64,000 bases of DNA, taken from contig OX597815.1 in NCBI GenBank assembly GCA_951406725.2, positions 64,170,001 to 64,234,000 of the forward strand, read 5' to 3'. The notes beneath the pieces were generated by a model. That model did not search any database. It had not been told where the DNA came from and was given only the letters and a program-made list of their open reading frames with translations. The DNA is from Octopus vulgaris (lineage: Eukaryota). Shown in pieces: positions 26,868 through 41,301 of this stretch; position 1 is the stretch's first letter; each line of letters starts with the position of its first letter. The position numbers were made by a program, and so were the translations under genes.

Positions 26868-28330
26868 TGTATGTATGTGTGTATGTATGTATGTATGGAT
26901 GGATGGTTGGTTGGATGGATGGATGTATTAAATTAATTTATAGTTTGCATGTTCTTTTACCTCAGTGTTCCTTCATTAAATACCAGTATATACCAATTGA
27001 TCAATATGCACTGATATCATCTGATAAGTTAGTATTTAAGTTTATAATATGTATTAATATTAAACTATTTCTGGATAATTTTCTTTTCCTCCCTCTATTG
27101 TGGTAAAAGTTTGTTATATACTCAAAAGTTTTCATAAAACATTTTATCCTTTTGTTATAATTATTCTTCTTAATAATCCTCTGAATAATCCTAAACTTTA
27201 ACTTTATACAATATGACAATATTGTTTAAAATATTTAACTATAGTTCTACATGATAAGATTTCCCCTGTTTTCATTATCAATGGTCTGCTAGTGGCCAGA
27301 GCCCTTAATTTTCTGCTAACATCTTGATTTAAGTTTTCCTTTACTAAATCTCATGAAATTGCTTCAAATAAGTCTTGATTCTTATGACTATACCCACTAT
27401 GATTTCTGTCGACTCCCTCAGCCCTACCCCTAACAGATTCGGCCTTAGATATACAAGGATTTGATAAAACTAGTCTATAAATTAAAACTGACCCCATATA
27501 ACAGTGATAAGCAAAATCTGTAACAAGTAGTTTCTAAATGTTCTTTGCATGTTCTTTGTCTATCTCCTTAACGTCTTGGAGATTTCAGGCAAAATTATAC
27601 TAATGTGTCCATCTATTTTAATTTAATTAAATTCTGTCTTTGTGCAGCTGAGGATTGCTCTGCATTTAAAGTGATGTAATGGTTGCATTGTTCAATTAAA
27701 TGGAGTTGCGTGAAACGATCGTACTGCATTACCTCTGGATATACTTGTTGCTTATTTTATTCTAATCACCTTATTTTAAATTGTATGGATAATACCGTAC
27801 TAAATTCTGGTACCTCAACTTAAGTACCATATTCATCTGAATCTAAATTTTTGCTGAACTCATATATATATATATATATATATAAAGAACACACACCCAC
27901 GGCTTTATACTTTCCAGAATGAAAACAGACCAACGAACACTGTTATATATACCTACACCCCCCGAAATAATTATACATATGACACTGCTACACATACTAC
28001 ACAAGCCATCCCCACAGGAGCACCGCATTAATAATACTTACTTCTCTGACTTCAAGATAAATGTTGTTGGCTTCACAGCATACCTAATTCCTAAACTAAT
28101 CCTCTGGCCTTTTCTCATTTCACCACCTTTTTCACAGGAGCCGCTGACCCGTTGTGCTAATCCACCTCCGATAATAGAGAACAATTACCATATTCCTTCT
28201 ATATCGGCTTGCTCTGATGAGTGTAAAGTTATATAATCGGTTTGTTGCCTAACACTCCATTGTATTCTTTACGTGAAACAGATTGGTAAGGTCAGCCGTG
28301 ATGGATATTTAATACTATACATTTGGAATA

Positions 28331-28379
<49 letters not shown>

Positions 28380-28674
28380 TCATGATGTAGTGGTGCAAAT
28401 GCACATTGTGCCCCCATGAATCACTTCTAAGTAGCACAACTTTTAGTAATCCCAACATTAATGCAGCATGCAGCGTTATGCCTAAAGCTGCTTTGATCTT
28501 TGATTGCTTCATTGTCACTGGAACTCAAGTCAGATTTGTAGGAGCATTACAACTTCATGTACAACCTCATCAACTGTTGGAATATCTGCAAATCGTAGCC
28601 TAAATGTGTTGAGTTCAGTATATTTTGGAAGTTGCTTTAGTAGCACTGTTTCTTTAACAATATTACTAAGGCTG

Positions 28675-28886
28675 AAGGCGGCGACCTGGCAGAAACCTTA
28701 GCACGCCGGGCGAAATGCTTAACAGTATTTCGTCTGTTTTTACGTTCTGAGTTCAAATTCCTCCGTGGTTGATTTTGTCTTTCATCTTTTCGGGGTTGAT
28801 AAATTAAGTTCCAGTTGCGTACTGGGATCGACCTGATCGACTCACCAAAAATTTCAAGCCTTGTTCCTAAAGTAGAAAAGGATATT
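28675..28886 (+). mobile_element. SINE family A
   Basis: aaggcggcgacctggcagaaaccttagcacgccgggcgaaatgc...tttcatcttttcggggttgataaattaag. Confidence 0.85.
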
Positions 28887-28894
28887 TTAATAAA

Positions 28895-29510
28895 CTTGAA
28901 AGAGGCCAGCTGGCTTAATCGTTCATCCTTTTGAGCCAGAGTCAGTGAAACAATCCATGCAATGGAAGCACACTCCTCACCTGCTCTCAAGGCCATTTCA
29001 TCTGCAAGGACGGTGATTGTCTCCGTTTTGTTTGGCACGCAAAAGGCATTATGTATATTAACTATTTTCAAAATGGCTACACCATCAATGGAGAATATTA
29101 TGCCAACTTGCTCAGGCATCTACGAAAGGTTATTAAGATCAAACGCCCGGGTAAACTGACGAAAGGGGTCTTGTTTTATTAGGACAGTGCTCCAGCACAC
29201 AAGTCCTTCGTTTCAATGGTTGATCAGCCCGTCCCTGCTATACTCTTGATTTTCCCCCATCTGACTATCATATATTCCCCAACATGAAATTGGATGGGAT
29301 CCAGTATCGCATGATGACGTCATGTGTGCTGTTGATAACTTTTTTGACCAAGACGATGAAAGCTTCTGCACCAATGGGATTCAAGCACTGCAACAACGAT
29401 GGAAGAATTGTGTACACCGCAAGGGGGACAATCCTGAAAAATCACCTCATTTGGTAACATTTCATGAGAGTATCTTGGCTGGCCTATAAACTTTTCAGTC
29501 GACCCCTGTA
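28895..29510 (+). mobile_element. mariner transposon, 3' half (pseudogene)
   Basis: Degenerate 'FEPES..QSMQWKH', 'GYTINGEYYANLLRHLRKVIKIKRPGKLTKGVLFY*DSAPAHKS', 'PPSDYHIFPNMK', 'GIQALQQRWKNCV'; TIR-like end 'aacttttcagtcgacccctg'+TA. Confidence 0.85.
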
Positions 29511-29521
29511 TGTTTGTATTT

Positions 29522-29598
<77 letters not shown>

Positions 29599-29883
29599 CA
29601 GACTGACAGGCAGACAGACAGACAGACAAATAGATAGATAGATGGGTGGGTGGGTGGGTGTTTTTGTGGATGGATGGATGGATGGGTGTATGAATAGATA
29701 CATAGACAGACAGACAGATAAATAAATAGATACATACATACATACATACATACATACATACATACATACATACATACATACATACATACATACATACATA
29801 CATACGTACATATCTATATGCATGTATGCATATATCATAATCTTCATCATTTTAACGTTCGCTTTTCCATACAAGCATATATA

Positions 29884-31158
29884 CGAGGGTAAGCCAAACG
29901 TTATTCGCACTTTCGCCAAAACCATTTTTAAGGTGACTGCACTCCCCTCAGTTCGCGCGAGCTGAAATATGGTACACTTGTAGTTAAGTAACCGAGGTTT
30001 GACTGTGATTGCTCCAGTTTTCTTTCTTGTGTCACAGAGCAAACATGGCTGCTCTTCTGGCAGTGTGCACCAAAGAAGAACAGAGGTCAGTGATCCTTCC
30101 CTGGAGTGAAAGTGTGTTCGGGCTAAAAATCAGCGCAGACTCCTGCTGCAGTATGAGAACAGCGCTCTTTTGCGTTGAAATGTGCTGGAGTGTATTGAGA
30201 AGTTTAAAATGCCAGGACAAGTGGGAAGATCGAAGAGGGAGGTGGACATTCATCAACTTTAACGACTGATGTGAAGATTCAACAAGCTCGAAAGATGGCT
30301 TTGGCGAACCGACAAGTTATCAGCGATAAGGTGGCATATTCTCTGCAAATTAGTCATGATTCCGTATATAAAATCATCCACGAAAAGCTTCTCTATCATA
30401 AAGTCTGAGCGAGATGCGTACCAAGAAAGCTCACTGAAGTGCAGAAGTGCAATCGTGGGAGGATTTGTTAAAGCATAATCCAGCGCAACAACAAGGAAAG
30501 CTAAGCTTCCTTTTAAAAAAAAGAACAGAAAAATATAATGATCACAGATGAGACCTGAGTAACCACTTTGAGTCAGAATCCAAAAGGCAAACTATAGAGT
30601 GGAAATACCCGGAATTGCCAGGGAAACAGAAATTCCGCAGAAATAGGGACGCTAACGTTTTATTTGGTGGGGGAACACAAAAGGGATTATACTAGAATAT
30701 TACCTGGAAAAGGGGCCTACAGTCACCAATGTAGGCTACAGTGAAATGCTGGCCAAGAAACTGAAACCAGCAAGTCGCACCAAACACCGACGTCTAGTGT
30801 CAAAACTAGTGTTATAGTTGCACGACAACGCATGCCCACAGGCGATCTCACACATCGTTCAATTCCGGAAGAAATTGAACTTCGAGTTGCCGGAACACCC
30901 TTCATACTGTCCAGATCACAACTCTTCCTACTACCACCTCTTTGGACCACTCAAACATCCTTTTACGAGGTCGTCGATTTGCTATGGACGAAGAAGTGTG
31001 GAAAGTGTAGAAAGCAGTGCATAAATGTCTGCACGACCAGTCGAAATCCTTCTTCTCGAATGGAATAAGCAAGCTTTTGGATGGCAGGAAGGAGGGCATC
31101 GAAACGCAATGAGTCTATGTCGAAAAACTGAGTGCGTATAATTGTTGACTAACCCTAG
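29884..31158 (+). mobile_element. Full-length (1275 bp) but inactivated mariner transposon with TIRs and TA TSD
   Basis: TA-cgagggtaagccaaacgttattcgcact / agtgcgtataattgttgactaaccctag-TA; ATG at 30045 gives MAALLAVCTKEEQRSVI; motifs ARCVPRKL (WVP equivalent), TDET*V, HDNA, HPSYCPDHNSSYYHLFGP (YSPDL equivalent). Confidence 0.92.
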
Positions 31159-31235
31159 TATATTCATGTGTGTGACATAGACACACAGATAGAAAGATTG
31201 ATAGATCGATAGATAGATAGATAGATAGATAGATT

Positions 31236-31292
<57 letters not shown>

Positions 31293-32261
31293 GTGACATA
31301 AGCATGTGTGCGACACACACACACACATATACACACGCACAAGCACACACACACACACATATACACACGCACAAGCACACACACACACATTCACATTCAC
31401 GCGCGCGCACTCGTGCGTACACGCACACGTACACACACACGTTCGCATACAAACACACACACACACATACACACATACACTCAGTGCTTGTGCGTGTGGC
31501 ATAGTCATTCTGAATTTTGATCTGCAAGAGACATAACTGCAGATGATGATGATGATGATGACGGTAGTGGTGGTGGTGGGGTATTCTGGTGATGGTAGTG
31601 GGGTAGCAGCCTCTGATGTTGATAATGACGTTTATAAAGGAGTGGTAACAGTATTGTTGTTGTTACTGCTGCTGCTCCTGCTGCCGATGATTATGATGAT
31701 GATGATGATTACAATTAGTGATACTGTATTAATTGGGACGTTGTGTTGCTGTCTTCCATAAAATAAGTTTCTTCTCTAATGAACACCAATATCTTAAGTT
31801 CTTAACAACAGCAAATTTGAGTCATTTAACTACGCGCTCCGTCCATACGTAAAACACATCTTTGCGCTTCTATGTTATATTCCAGCATCGAATATATTTA
31901 TCTCCCTTGATTTACAGTTACCTCCCTTTCAACCAAGAGTAACTGATATTTTTGTTCTTAATTTTAAGCTTATCGATTATTCTCATCTGCTATCGAATCC
32001 CTTATCTATCTGTCAGCCTCTCTAATTTACTTCGTTCTTTATTTCTCTCTCATTCTCTCTAGTATTCCGTCTTTCTCTCCCCCTCTCGCTCCTTCTCCAC
32101 ACTCGTTCTATTTTTGGCACTTTACATGCTTACGCTTATACCTATGTTTGCTTATACCTATGTTTGCATACGTATGTATGCATGTATGTATGTATGTATG
32201 TATGTATGTATATGCTTATATATATGTGTGTATGTGTGTATGTATATATATATTCTTTCCT

Positions 32262-32455
32262 TTTACTTGTTTCAGTCATTTGACCACATTCATGCTGGAG
32301 CACCGTCTGAAAGGGTTTTAGACGAAGAATTCAACTGCAGGACTTTTCTTTGTAAGCCTGTCGGTCTCTTTTGCCGAACCGCTACGTTACGAGGACATAA
32401 AACACCAGCATCGGTTTTCAAGCGATGGCGAAGGGAACAGAAACAGACATACACA
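32262..32455 (-). mobile_element. SINE family B, 3' half
   Basis: ttttacttgtttcagtcatttgacc...catgctggagcaccg...tcggtctcttttgccgaaccgcta. Confidence 0.8.
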
Positions 32456-32478
32456 CACAAATATATATATATACATAT

Positions 32479-32606
32479 ATACTTTATTTAAAAGCAGCAG
32501 AAATATAACAAAAGCTGTTACTCAGTTTCACATTCCCGTGACGAACGGGAACGGCAACCTCTGAGTAACAGCTTTTGTTATATTTCTGCTGGTTTTAAAT
32601 AAAGTA

Positions 32607-32608
<2 letters not shown>
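32479..32608. mobile_element. (TA)n-flanked foldback with decayed HHR halves (family of 41300-41527)
   Basis: tactttatttaaaagcagcagaaatataacaaaagctgttactcag / ctgagtaacagcttttgttatatttctgctggttttaaataaagta. Confidence 0.8.
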
Positions 32609-32704
<96 letters not shown>

Positions 32705-32762
32705 TATATATATATATATATAAATATACATTTATATATATACATGTATATATATATATATA

Positions 32763-32793
<31 letters not shown>

Positions 32794-33597
32794 GTATATA
32801 CATATATATATGTATGCATGTATGTATGTATGTTATATATTTATATATATGTATATATATATAAGTATATATATATATATACATGTATATATATATATAT
32901 GTATATACTCATATGTATTTATATATATATATATATGTTATATACATGCATATATATATTATATATATATGTATAAAAAGAGGTGAGGAGGAGAGTAGGG
33001 ACCACGAGAGGGTGGAAGAAAGAGAGAGAGAGAGAGTTTCAGTAATTTCCTTCGAGTATTTTCCTTCAACACCAGGTGCACTTCTATATTGCTGGTGAGT
33101 GTGAAAAATGTATGGAAGTCCGTCCTTTGGGAGGGCATAAAATGTTTGTGTGTAAAATCCATTTTACAGCGTTTTCTATTTGCCTTGTTTTTTTAAATTG
33201 TATATTTAATGTAGCGTTTGTTTGTTGATGGACCTTTTTACAGCCTAGGGACCCTGAGTGTATAAAATGTATGCCATGTAAGTGGTGTTATTATATTGAT
33301 TGGTGACACTGTGACGTATCGTATGTGTCAATCCTGTCATAGTGTAGGGAGGTGATTGAGTGGAACATGAAGTGTGTGGCTCCTCATAAGAGATAGTTGA
33401 GTAGAATATGTTGTTCTGTGAGATATACAATATGTTCATTGGTTAGTAAAGTTGAATATATTGTGTCATAGTTTGGGGAGTTATTTATGTGTGGAAGTAT
33501 ACAGTGTTGATTACAAAGGTAGTAGAACCGAATGTAGTTTTGTTACTTTTGTTAATGTCCGTAATTATTATTGTTGTCATTGTTGTTGTTGTTGTTG

Positions 33598-33631
<34 letters not shown>

Positions 33632-33639
33632 GATTATTA

Positions 33640-36600
33640 CTTTTTTTTTCTTCTTTCAAATTTGCTTCCATTTCTTGCCGAGTGTCTTCCCGACTCCTAC
33701 GGCAAAGAAACTCATAGTATACAATGGTAGGCCATTAAACCAAACTCAGTAGATCGTTCATTTTTTTTAATTTTTTTTTTTTTTTTTTTTTTTAAAGTTA
33801 AATTAAAATACATGAGCAGCAACAGTTCTCACATCGACAATGCTCTTCTCAATACGTGTGATGTACCAGTTAAGACAATCTTTTGCACTTCTTGCAGGGA
33901 TGGTAAGCCAGGGATCATTCTCATATAATTTTCGGTTCCCTTCTTGATCATTCCTAGTGCTCCTACGATCACTGGTATTGTAACCGCCTTGAGATGCCAC
34001 ATTTTCTCAATTTCAATGAGTAGGTCTTTATATTTTCTGAGCTTGTCAAACTCTTTCGCTGAGATATTATGATCACAGGGGATGCTCATGTCGATCAATA
34101 AACAAACTTTATTATTTTGGTCTTTCACAACAATATCTGGTTTATTGGCCTTGATGGTTCGGTCTGTATGTACTGGAAAGTCCCACAGAATGGTTACATT
34201 TTCTCCTTCAGTTACAGCCTCAGGGTGGTGATTATACCACTTGTCGGCAGTTTTGATATTGTAATGCCGACTTATTAGCCAGTGGAGATATTGGCCAACT
34301 CTGTCATGTCTTAATTTATACTCCACTGGTGCTAAGACTTTACATCCAGAGATTAGGTGGTCCACTGTTTCAATCATGTCGTTACAGAATCGGCATTTTG
34401 GGTCTGCTCCATTTTTCATCACATTGGCCTGGTAGTTCCGGGTTAATAGGCTTTGATCTTGAGCAGCCAGGATGAAACCTTCGCTCTCTGCTTTTAGCCC
34501 TGAGCTCCGTAGCCACTGATGGGTTTGCTTCTGGTCAACATCAGCTTGTTTGCTGCGGGTCACATATTTGCCGTGCAGAGGTTTCTCCTCCCACCTATCA
34601 GCCAATTGCTCGTGCGCTTTTTTCATTGCCATCATTTTCACCTTCTTTGCAACAATAGTTGCCGTACTTCCCTCGGGTTATTCAGTTTGGGTATCCTGCA
34701 CGAGATCAATAGCAAATTTTTTGCTTTCCTTTATGATAGAATGAAGCTTCTTTCGTCTCTCGTGATTTTCCACGAGCTTTAGCATCCAGTCATTCGATAT
34801 TTCGAGATATTTGGCCAGTCCAATTGTGGTTGTTTTGTAAGCTAGTTCAAATTGGATCAGGCCTCGACCTCCTTGGGCTCTGGGAAGGTAAAGGCGATCT
34901 ACGTCTGCCTTTGGGTGGTGCATCCTATTACAACTCAGCAGCTTGCGTATTTTCCTATCTATATTCTTTACTTCACTCATATTCCAGTTCAACACATTGT
35001 AGCTATAAGTAACAACTGGAACTGCTAAGGAATTTATAGCTAACACCTTGTTACGTGCATTTAGTTCAGATTTCAGGACTGCACGAACTCTCCTATAACA
35101 TTCTTTCTTGATTTTCTCTTTCATGCTTGCATGCTGAATACCAGAGCCTTCATTTATCCCTAAATATTTGTATGTTTGTTCTTGCTCAAGCTCTCTTATG
35201 ACTGTGTCAACATCTAACACGACTGAATTTGTGGTCTTCACTTTCCCTTTCTGGAAAGTGGCCTTGGCACACTTCTCAAGTCCAAACTCCATCCCGATGT
35301 CATCGCTGAATGCTTTCACGGTGCACAATAGGCCTTCAAGTTCATTATTGTCTTTACCATAAAGTTTTAAGTCATCCATATAAAATAGGTGGCTTATTTT
35401 TTTATTGGCAATATTATACTCATACCCTGTTCTATTTAATTCACTTGTAAGGGGTATTAGGGCTATGCAGAATATTAAAGGTGAAAGTGAGTCACCTTGA
35501 AAAATTCCACAGTTGATGTTTATATTTTCTGAGGCAAGTACTCCATTAGAGTGGTATAATTGGAGATTCGTATTCCACAACGACATATTGTGCTTCAGGA
35601 AGTTTGAAATCACAGGGGAAATTTTGAAGATGTCCAGCGATCTCAAGATCCATGGATGCGGTATACTGTCGAAGGCCTTTTTGTAGTCAATCCATGCGGT
35701 GCTGAGATTTCTGCGCTTGTTGTGACAGTTCTCAAGGATCATACGATTGATTAGCAGTTGATCTTTGCATCCGTAAGAGCCTCGGCGGCACCCTTTTTGT
35801 TCAATGGGGAAAATATCGTTCTTCTCCATGAATGCATATGTTTTCTCCGCCAGGATAGATGTTAGGATTTTATACGTGGTGGATAGACAGGTTATAGGCC
35901 GATAGTTTTTTGGAAGGTTGGTTTCGTTATTCTTTGGGAGTAGGTAAGTAATGCCACTTGCTAACCATTCAGGTGTTTTCTTTGGGTCTCTCATAATTCC
36001 ATTGAGCAGCTGAACTAGCTTACCGTGTGCGCATGGGAGCGATGCGAGCCAGAAATTCGGCACCCTATCTTTACCGGGGGATTTCCAATTATGGGCCTTC
36101 GTGAGTGCCTTTCTTAGGTTTGCTATTGTGATGTCTTCCCATGCTTGTTGTTGTAAATTTAGGTAGGATCCTTCAGTTTGTATAATCCAGTCTGCATTTA
36201 TGTTGTACGTCTTCTTGTCACTCCAAATCCTTTTCCAAAAGTTTTGAACTTCTTCCATGGGAGGTGGTTCTTTAACGGTTGCTTTCTCCTTCCCTATTTC
36301 TCTGTAGAATTTTTTGGCATTGGATGTGAACAGCTTATTTTGCTTGTAAAACTTGTTTCTCTTCTCAAATCTTCGTATTCTTTGGGCTTTTGCTTGGACT
36401 TTTTGTTTCAGCGTTTCTTTTATGGATATCAGTTCTTCTCTTGGTAAGGATCCAAATTTTCTCTTCATCTTTCTTCCTGTTCTGGATCTTACATCATTTC
36501 CACATATTAGTTCATTTAATATTGATATTTCCCCTCTCATAAATTCAATCTCTTTTTCAATTTTACTTCTCCAGGTTTGATTTCTTCCCAGGTTTTGTTT

Positions 36601-36851
36601 TCTTTGTTTTTTCGGGGGCATACAGCTGGTTTCAATTGCCCTAGCAGAAGCGTAAATAATTTCATTTAACTCAGTAAAATCAGGTTTTAATTCTCGTATT
36701 ATTTCATTTGTTACATAGTTGCCAATTTGGATTTGTTTTTTATTTTGGTTTGTATTTGAGAGTTTATGAAGTGGTTCTCTATCATTCATACTTGTATGTC
36801 TTACAACTTCAAGCGTATTCAGGATTTTCTGCCTCATTTCTGCCATAGACT

Positions 36852-36854
<3 letters not shown>
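33640..36854 (-). mobile_element. R4/Dong-clade RLE non-LTR retrotransposon, probably 5'-truncated, inserted in (TAA)n
   Basis: RT plus CCHC plus RLE ORF, about 190-bp 3' UTR and A-rich end; (TAA)n arrays at both ends (33600-33640 and 36855-36928). Confidence 0.92.
33829..36846 (-). pseudogene. Reverse transcriptase-CCHC-RLE polyprotein (about 1005 codons) broken only by a TAA at 34678-34680
   Basis: Track ORFs 34678-36846 and 33829-34641 share one frame. Motifs: YRPITCL, WIDYKKAFDS, GIFQGDSLSP, YMDDLKLY, YKYLG, GGRGL, CRFC..ETVDHLISGC, RHD, KPDIVV..IDMSIP..KYKDL. Confidence 0.92.
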
Positions 36855-36928
<74 letters not shown>

Positions 36929-36929
36929 T

Positions 36930-37755
36930 GCATTTGCGCAGCTTCTAACGCTGGATATGTGCTACGGTGTCAGCTGTTCACCACCTGTGAACCAAGGTAA
37001 CACCTCATATTTTTCGAGCACCTTCCGGAGTATTTGAGCGTTTCCAAGCAGTGCTGTTTTCTGCAAGTGCTCCACCCTTATTGCAGCCCCTATTTGTTCC
37101 ATGTACTTCTCGAGATGTTTGCCCACTGTTCCCAGGGCTCCGACAATTATTGGTTCTACTACCACCCATTTCATCGACCACACCTGCCTAACCTCCCAAG
37201 CTAACCTGTCATATCTATCGACTTTTCTTTCTTCCTTATTGTATACCTTGTTGTCAGCCGGGCATGCTATAGCTATGATCCAGCATAGTTTGCTTACTTT
37301 CTCAATTAAGACTATGTCCGGCTTCTTATTCCGCCCGTTTAATTTCCACTTAAGGATCAGTCTCAGTCTGCGCAAGTACCTCCACCTTAAATTTTGCTGT
37401 CATTTCTTTCTCATCAATTTATCCATTTCCAATATCTCCAAGTACTTATGGCCAGTCTCTTCTATCTGTTTAATAACCTCCCCCGACGGTATCGATAGCT
37501 CGTCCATACATTTGATTTTGCCTTCCTTCAAGACTAACGCACCACACTTTCTCAGTCCGATCTCCATTCTGATATACTGAAAGTATACAACGTATCAACG
37601 AGGGAACTGACTTAGGCTTCATCTTTACCATCCACGAAGAACAAATGGTTGATTTTCTTTTGGCGGATTTTGAATACATACTCAGCTTTTGCTTTCCTCA
37701 GAATTAGTGTTAGTGGTATCAAGCACAGTACAAAGATCAGTGGTGACAGGCAATC
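36930..37755 (-). mobile_element. Second, older R4/Dong-like family copy, 5'-truncated and internally deleted
   Basis: DCLSPLIFVLCLIPL..INHLFFVD (RT), then RRLRLILKWKLNGRNK fused directly to KPDIVLIEK..IACPAD..PIIVGALG (RLE); bounded by (TAA)n at 36855-36928 and 37756-37813. Confidence 0.85.
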
Positions 37756-37756
37756 A

Positions 37757-37815
<59 letters not shown>

Positions 37816-38184
37816 TTCTACTACTACTACTACTACTACAACTAATATTATCATTATTAATAGCTGGCCCCGTGCCGTCAAAAATGACGGCTAATTGTAG
37901 TATGTAAAAGAGTAAAAAAAGGTGAAAAAAAGTGCTTCAACTTTGTGTGTTTGTGTGCGCGCGCGCACACGCGTGTGTGTGTGTCTGTTGTGATCGCGGT
38001 TCTCTATAGTTTCTCACAGCTTGCTTCTATTCTATTTAAGTGTTTCTGTTTATATATATATATAAATTCAGGCTTTGTGTCTATATTGGAAAGGGTTATA
38101 ATTATTATTATTGCTGTTGTTGTTGTTGTTGTTGTTATTGTTGCTGTTGCTGTTGTTGTTGTTGTTATCATTATTAATGATAAT

Positions 38185-38620
38185 GAATACCTCGATGCAC
38201 TACCAGTCGGTGACTGTCATGGCTTCTGCTCTTTACTGATTGGAAATGTTATCATGTACGGTCTGTCTTGGTATAAAAGATGGGCTACAGCTGATATTCT
38301 GCTCGATACCACAGATTTGCTTGTCAGTTGTTTGACCTTAATCAGCTGAGCATGTCCATTGATGGTTGACGATATGTGCATCTCTGATCACGAGCAGAAG
38401 TAGTGGAGGAGCATCATAGCAATGTATTGAGAGGGATTATTTAGGGTATGAATAATTAACCTCTGGAAATATGGGTGTTTTGTTCATCCTCAAACAACCT
38501 TTATTCAGGGACCTTTTGAGCGGGATGGGCTACTCGACCTGGAGAAAGTTTTAACTGTGCCCCACCTGCAAAGTTATGCGATATGATATTACCATGTTGT
38601 GCACATATGGTAGGGATGCA
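38185..38620 (+). mobile_element. Copy of the 4848-5323 repeat (longer at 5', truncated at 3')
   Basis: Direct sequence similarity. Confidence 0.8.
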
Positions 38621-39164
38621 ATGATATCGGTTAATCTCTTCCCCTTACAATTACTGACCTTGTGCCAAAATTTGAGTCAATATTTATTATTCGAGCTAGA
38701 AGAATCCTTGCAGGCAGAAGAGAGAATACACCGTTTCTTGACAACGATACAGATTCAAGAAGCACCTACATAATACAGATTAATTTGTTGACGCTAAAGT
38801 TAAAAACTCAATGTTTTATATTTATCTCAAAAGGCACACATTATTGTTGTGATAAAAGTGAACACCTCTCTCTATCATCAGGTATTTTAATTAATTATTT
38901 GATGAATATATATACATACAAAACACATAATTAAGACTCTAGTAAATGATACCAACCTATGTATTATTTCAAAAGAATAGAGGAAGATAACGGCTACAAT
39001 TTATTAACGTATATAGGATACACTAAATACAGAATAAATAATTTCATTTGAAATAAACGATAACAAAATAAAAACCAAAATGAAACGTAATCTTGGTATA
39101 GTGCACGCTTGAAAATAAGAAGCACATGGATGACGAAGCTAAGCCCACCATGAACTATTAAATA

Positions 39165-39312
39165 TCAGTTTCAAATTTTGACCGAAGAATAGCAATTTCG
39201 GGGCAGGAGGTAAGTGAATTACATTGACACCAATGCTCAACTGGTACTTACTTTATCGACCCCGAAAGGATGAAAAGTAAAATCGACCCCGACGAAATTT
39301 CAACACAGAACG
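39165..39312 (-). mobile_element. SINE family A, 3' part
   Basis: caactggtacttactttatcgaccccgaaaggatgaaaag. Confidence 0.75.
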
Positions 39313-39690
39313 GTGTATTAACGTATGCCTCAAGCAGATTTGAACTGGTAAGTAGTTTGTATTTATGCAGGTGAGTTTTTAGCGATGTCAACCCGTATAT
39401 GCATTATGAAGGAGGCAGTCAGTTCGATTGAATAGACGAAAGCGCTTATAAAGAATTATCCAAAATTCTGACTGCCTCCTTCTTAATATACGATATCTGT
39501 ACATCACTTCAAACGCTCTAAACACAGACGCGCGCGGACACACACACACACACTCACACACACACACACACGCACACACAAACACACACACATACACACA
39601 CATACACACACACGCACACACACACACGCATACATACATACATACATACATACATGCATACATACATACATACATACATACATACATACA

Positions 39691-39726
<36 letters not shown>

Positions 39727-40232
39727 TCAGAAAAAGAAATTTAAACTCCACCACATATCAATAAAGGCGAATTCTACATTAAAGATACGATTTTCTCTAT
39801 CGGTTTTTTTGTTGTCAAATACTTTGAATTTCTCGAAATTCTTCTAAAGGATATCTGGATCTACTTGTACATGAAGAATTACCTTCGATGTGTATTCTAC
39901 TTACATTTACTGGTGTCTGATTGTTTGATATAGTTGACCAAATTCGTTTAAAACTGAGTGCCTTGTTGATATCTGCCTGGGTATCTTATTTCCCTCTAGT
40001 TATAGACTTTATTAATCTCTTAATTTGGAATACTTACAGCGGATTATCTTTGAAATGGAATAATTTTTACAGACACATTTTTAAAAGACATACCATTACC
40101 GCCTAAAATGTCGGCTTTATAAAGTGAATTCTAGATTAAAGATGTGATTTTCGCTGTACGTATTTTTGTTAGTCGTGTGTGTATGTGTATATATACATGT
40201 ATATATATGTGTGTTTGTGTGTGTATATATAC

Positions 40233-40290
<58 letters not shown>

Positions 40291-40485
40291 TAATAAAGGG
40301 TTTTTTGCAACAAGTTGCTTAAACCACATACCGAAAATATTAGAAATAGCAGTCAAAGGACTACTATTACTATTACTACAAAAATAAGTCTCCACAAACA
40401 AGAGTATTTGTAACTCATATATGGTAAAAAAAGAAAGGAAAAACGAAATACTACTAGGTGAAATTTATTGATTTTATTAAATTAA

Positions 40486-40574
<89 letters not shown>

Positions 40575-40584
40575 CTGTGTGTGT

Positions 40585-40792
40585 GTAGTAAATCCCAAGA
40601 AAAATGGAGAACAAACACAAGAAGAAAAAAAACAACGCGACGACGTGGTACATGCAAAGTATTCGCAGACGCTCAGTGAAGGAAAGAAAGGTGGTTTTAC
40701 GTTTTGAGCAAAGCTCTTCATCAGAAACAAGAGATGGAAATGAGTCCAAGAGAAAAGGAAAATGGAGGGAAAAAAATCGCCAACGATCCACG
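40585..40792 (-). mobile_element. HHR-bearing repeat (motif 40694-40728, G12 mutated)
   Basis: Minus strand: gttt CTGATGA A GAGC ttt GCTC AAAA CG TA aaac (cGAAA decayed to cAAAA). Confidence 0.7.
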
Positions 40793-40922
40793 AACCTTTT
40801 GAAGGAATTTTTCTTTGTTCATTCCCTCGATTTCAGCCGTGTGTGTATATTTGATAAAGTATTTTGACTTTGGCATCCCTCTCTAGCATGTGACTTTACT
40901 TGTAGTAACAGCCCTTAAAGTA

Positions 40923-41011
<89 letters not shown>

Positions 41012-41085
41012 TGTATATGTGTGTGTGTGCGTGCGTGTGTATGTATATATATGTAGATATATATATATATATATATATATATACG

Positions 41086-41128
<43 letters not shown>

Positions 41129-41226
41129 GTGTTCGCGTGTGTGTGTGTGTGTGTTCGCGTGTGTGTGTGTGTGTGTATGTGTGTGTATATGTGTGTGTGT
41201 GCGTGTGTGTGTATGTATATATATGT

Positions 41227-41299
<73 letters not shown>

Positions 41300-41301
<2 letters not shown>

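Noticed and set aside
26940-28610. Possible decayed LINE or PLE coding remnants (also 16490-16720 and 33040-33540)
   Set aside because: Only vague motif resemblance through many stops; needs a translated database search.
34678-34680. Programmed readthrough of the TAA in the R4/Dong ORF
   Set aside because: R4-clade elements have a single ORF and the context is not a known readthrough signal; a point mutation or sequencing error is more likely.
37858-37905. Helitron/Helentron-like terminal hairpin gccgtca-aaaa-tgacggc (similar at 62885-62920)
   Set aside because: The other terminus could not be identified and there is no Rep/helicase sequence.
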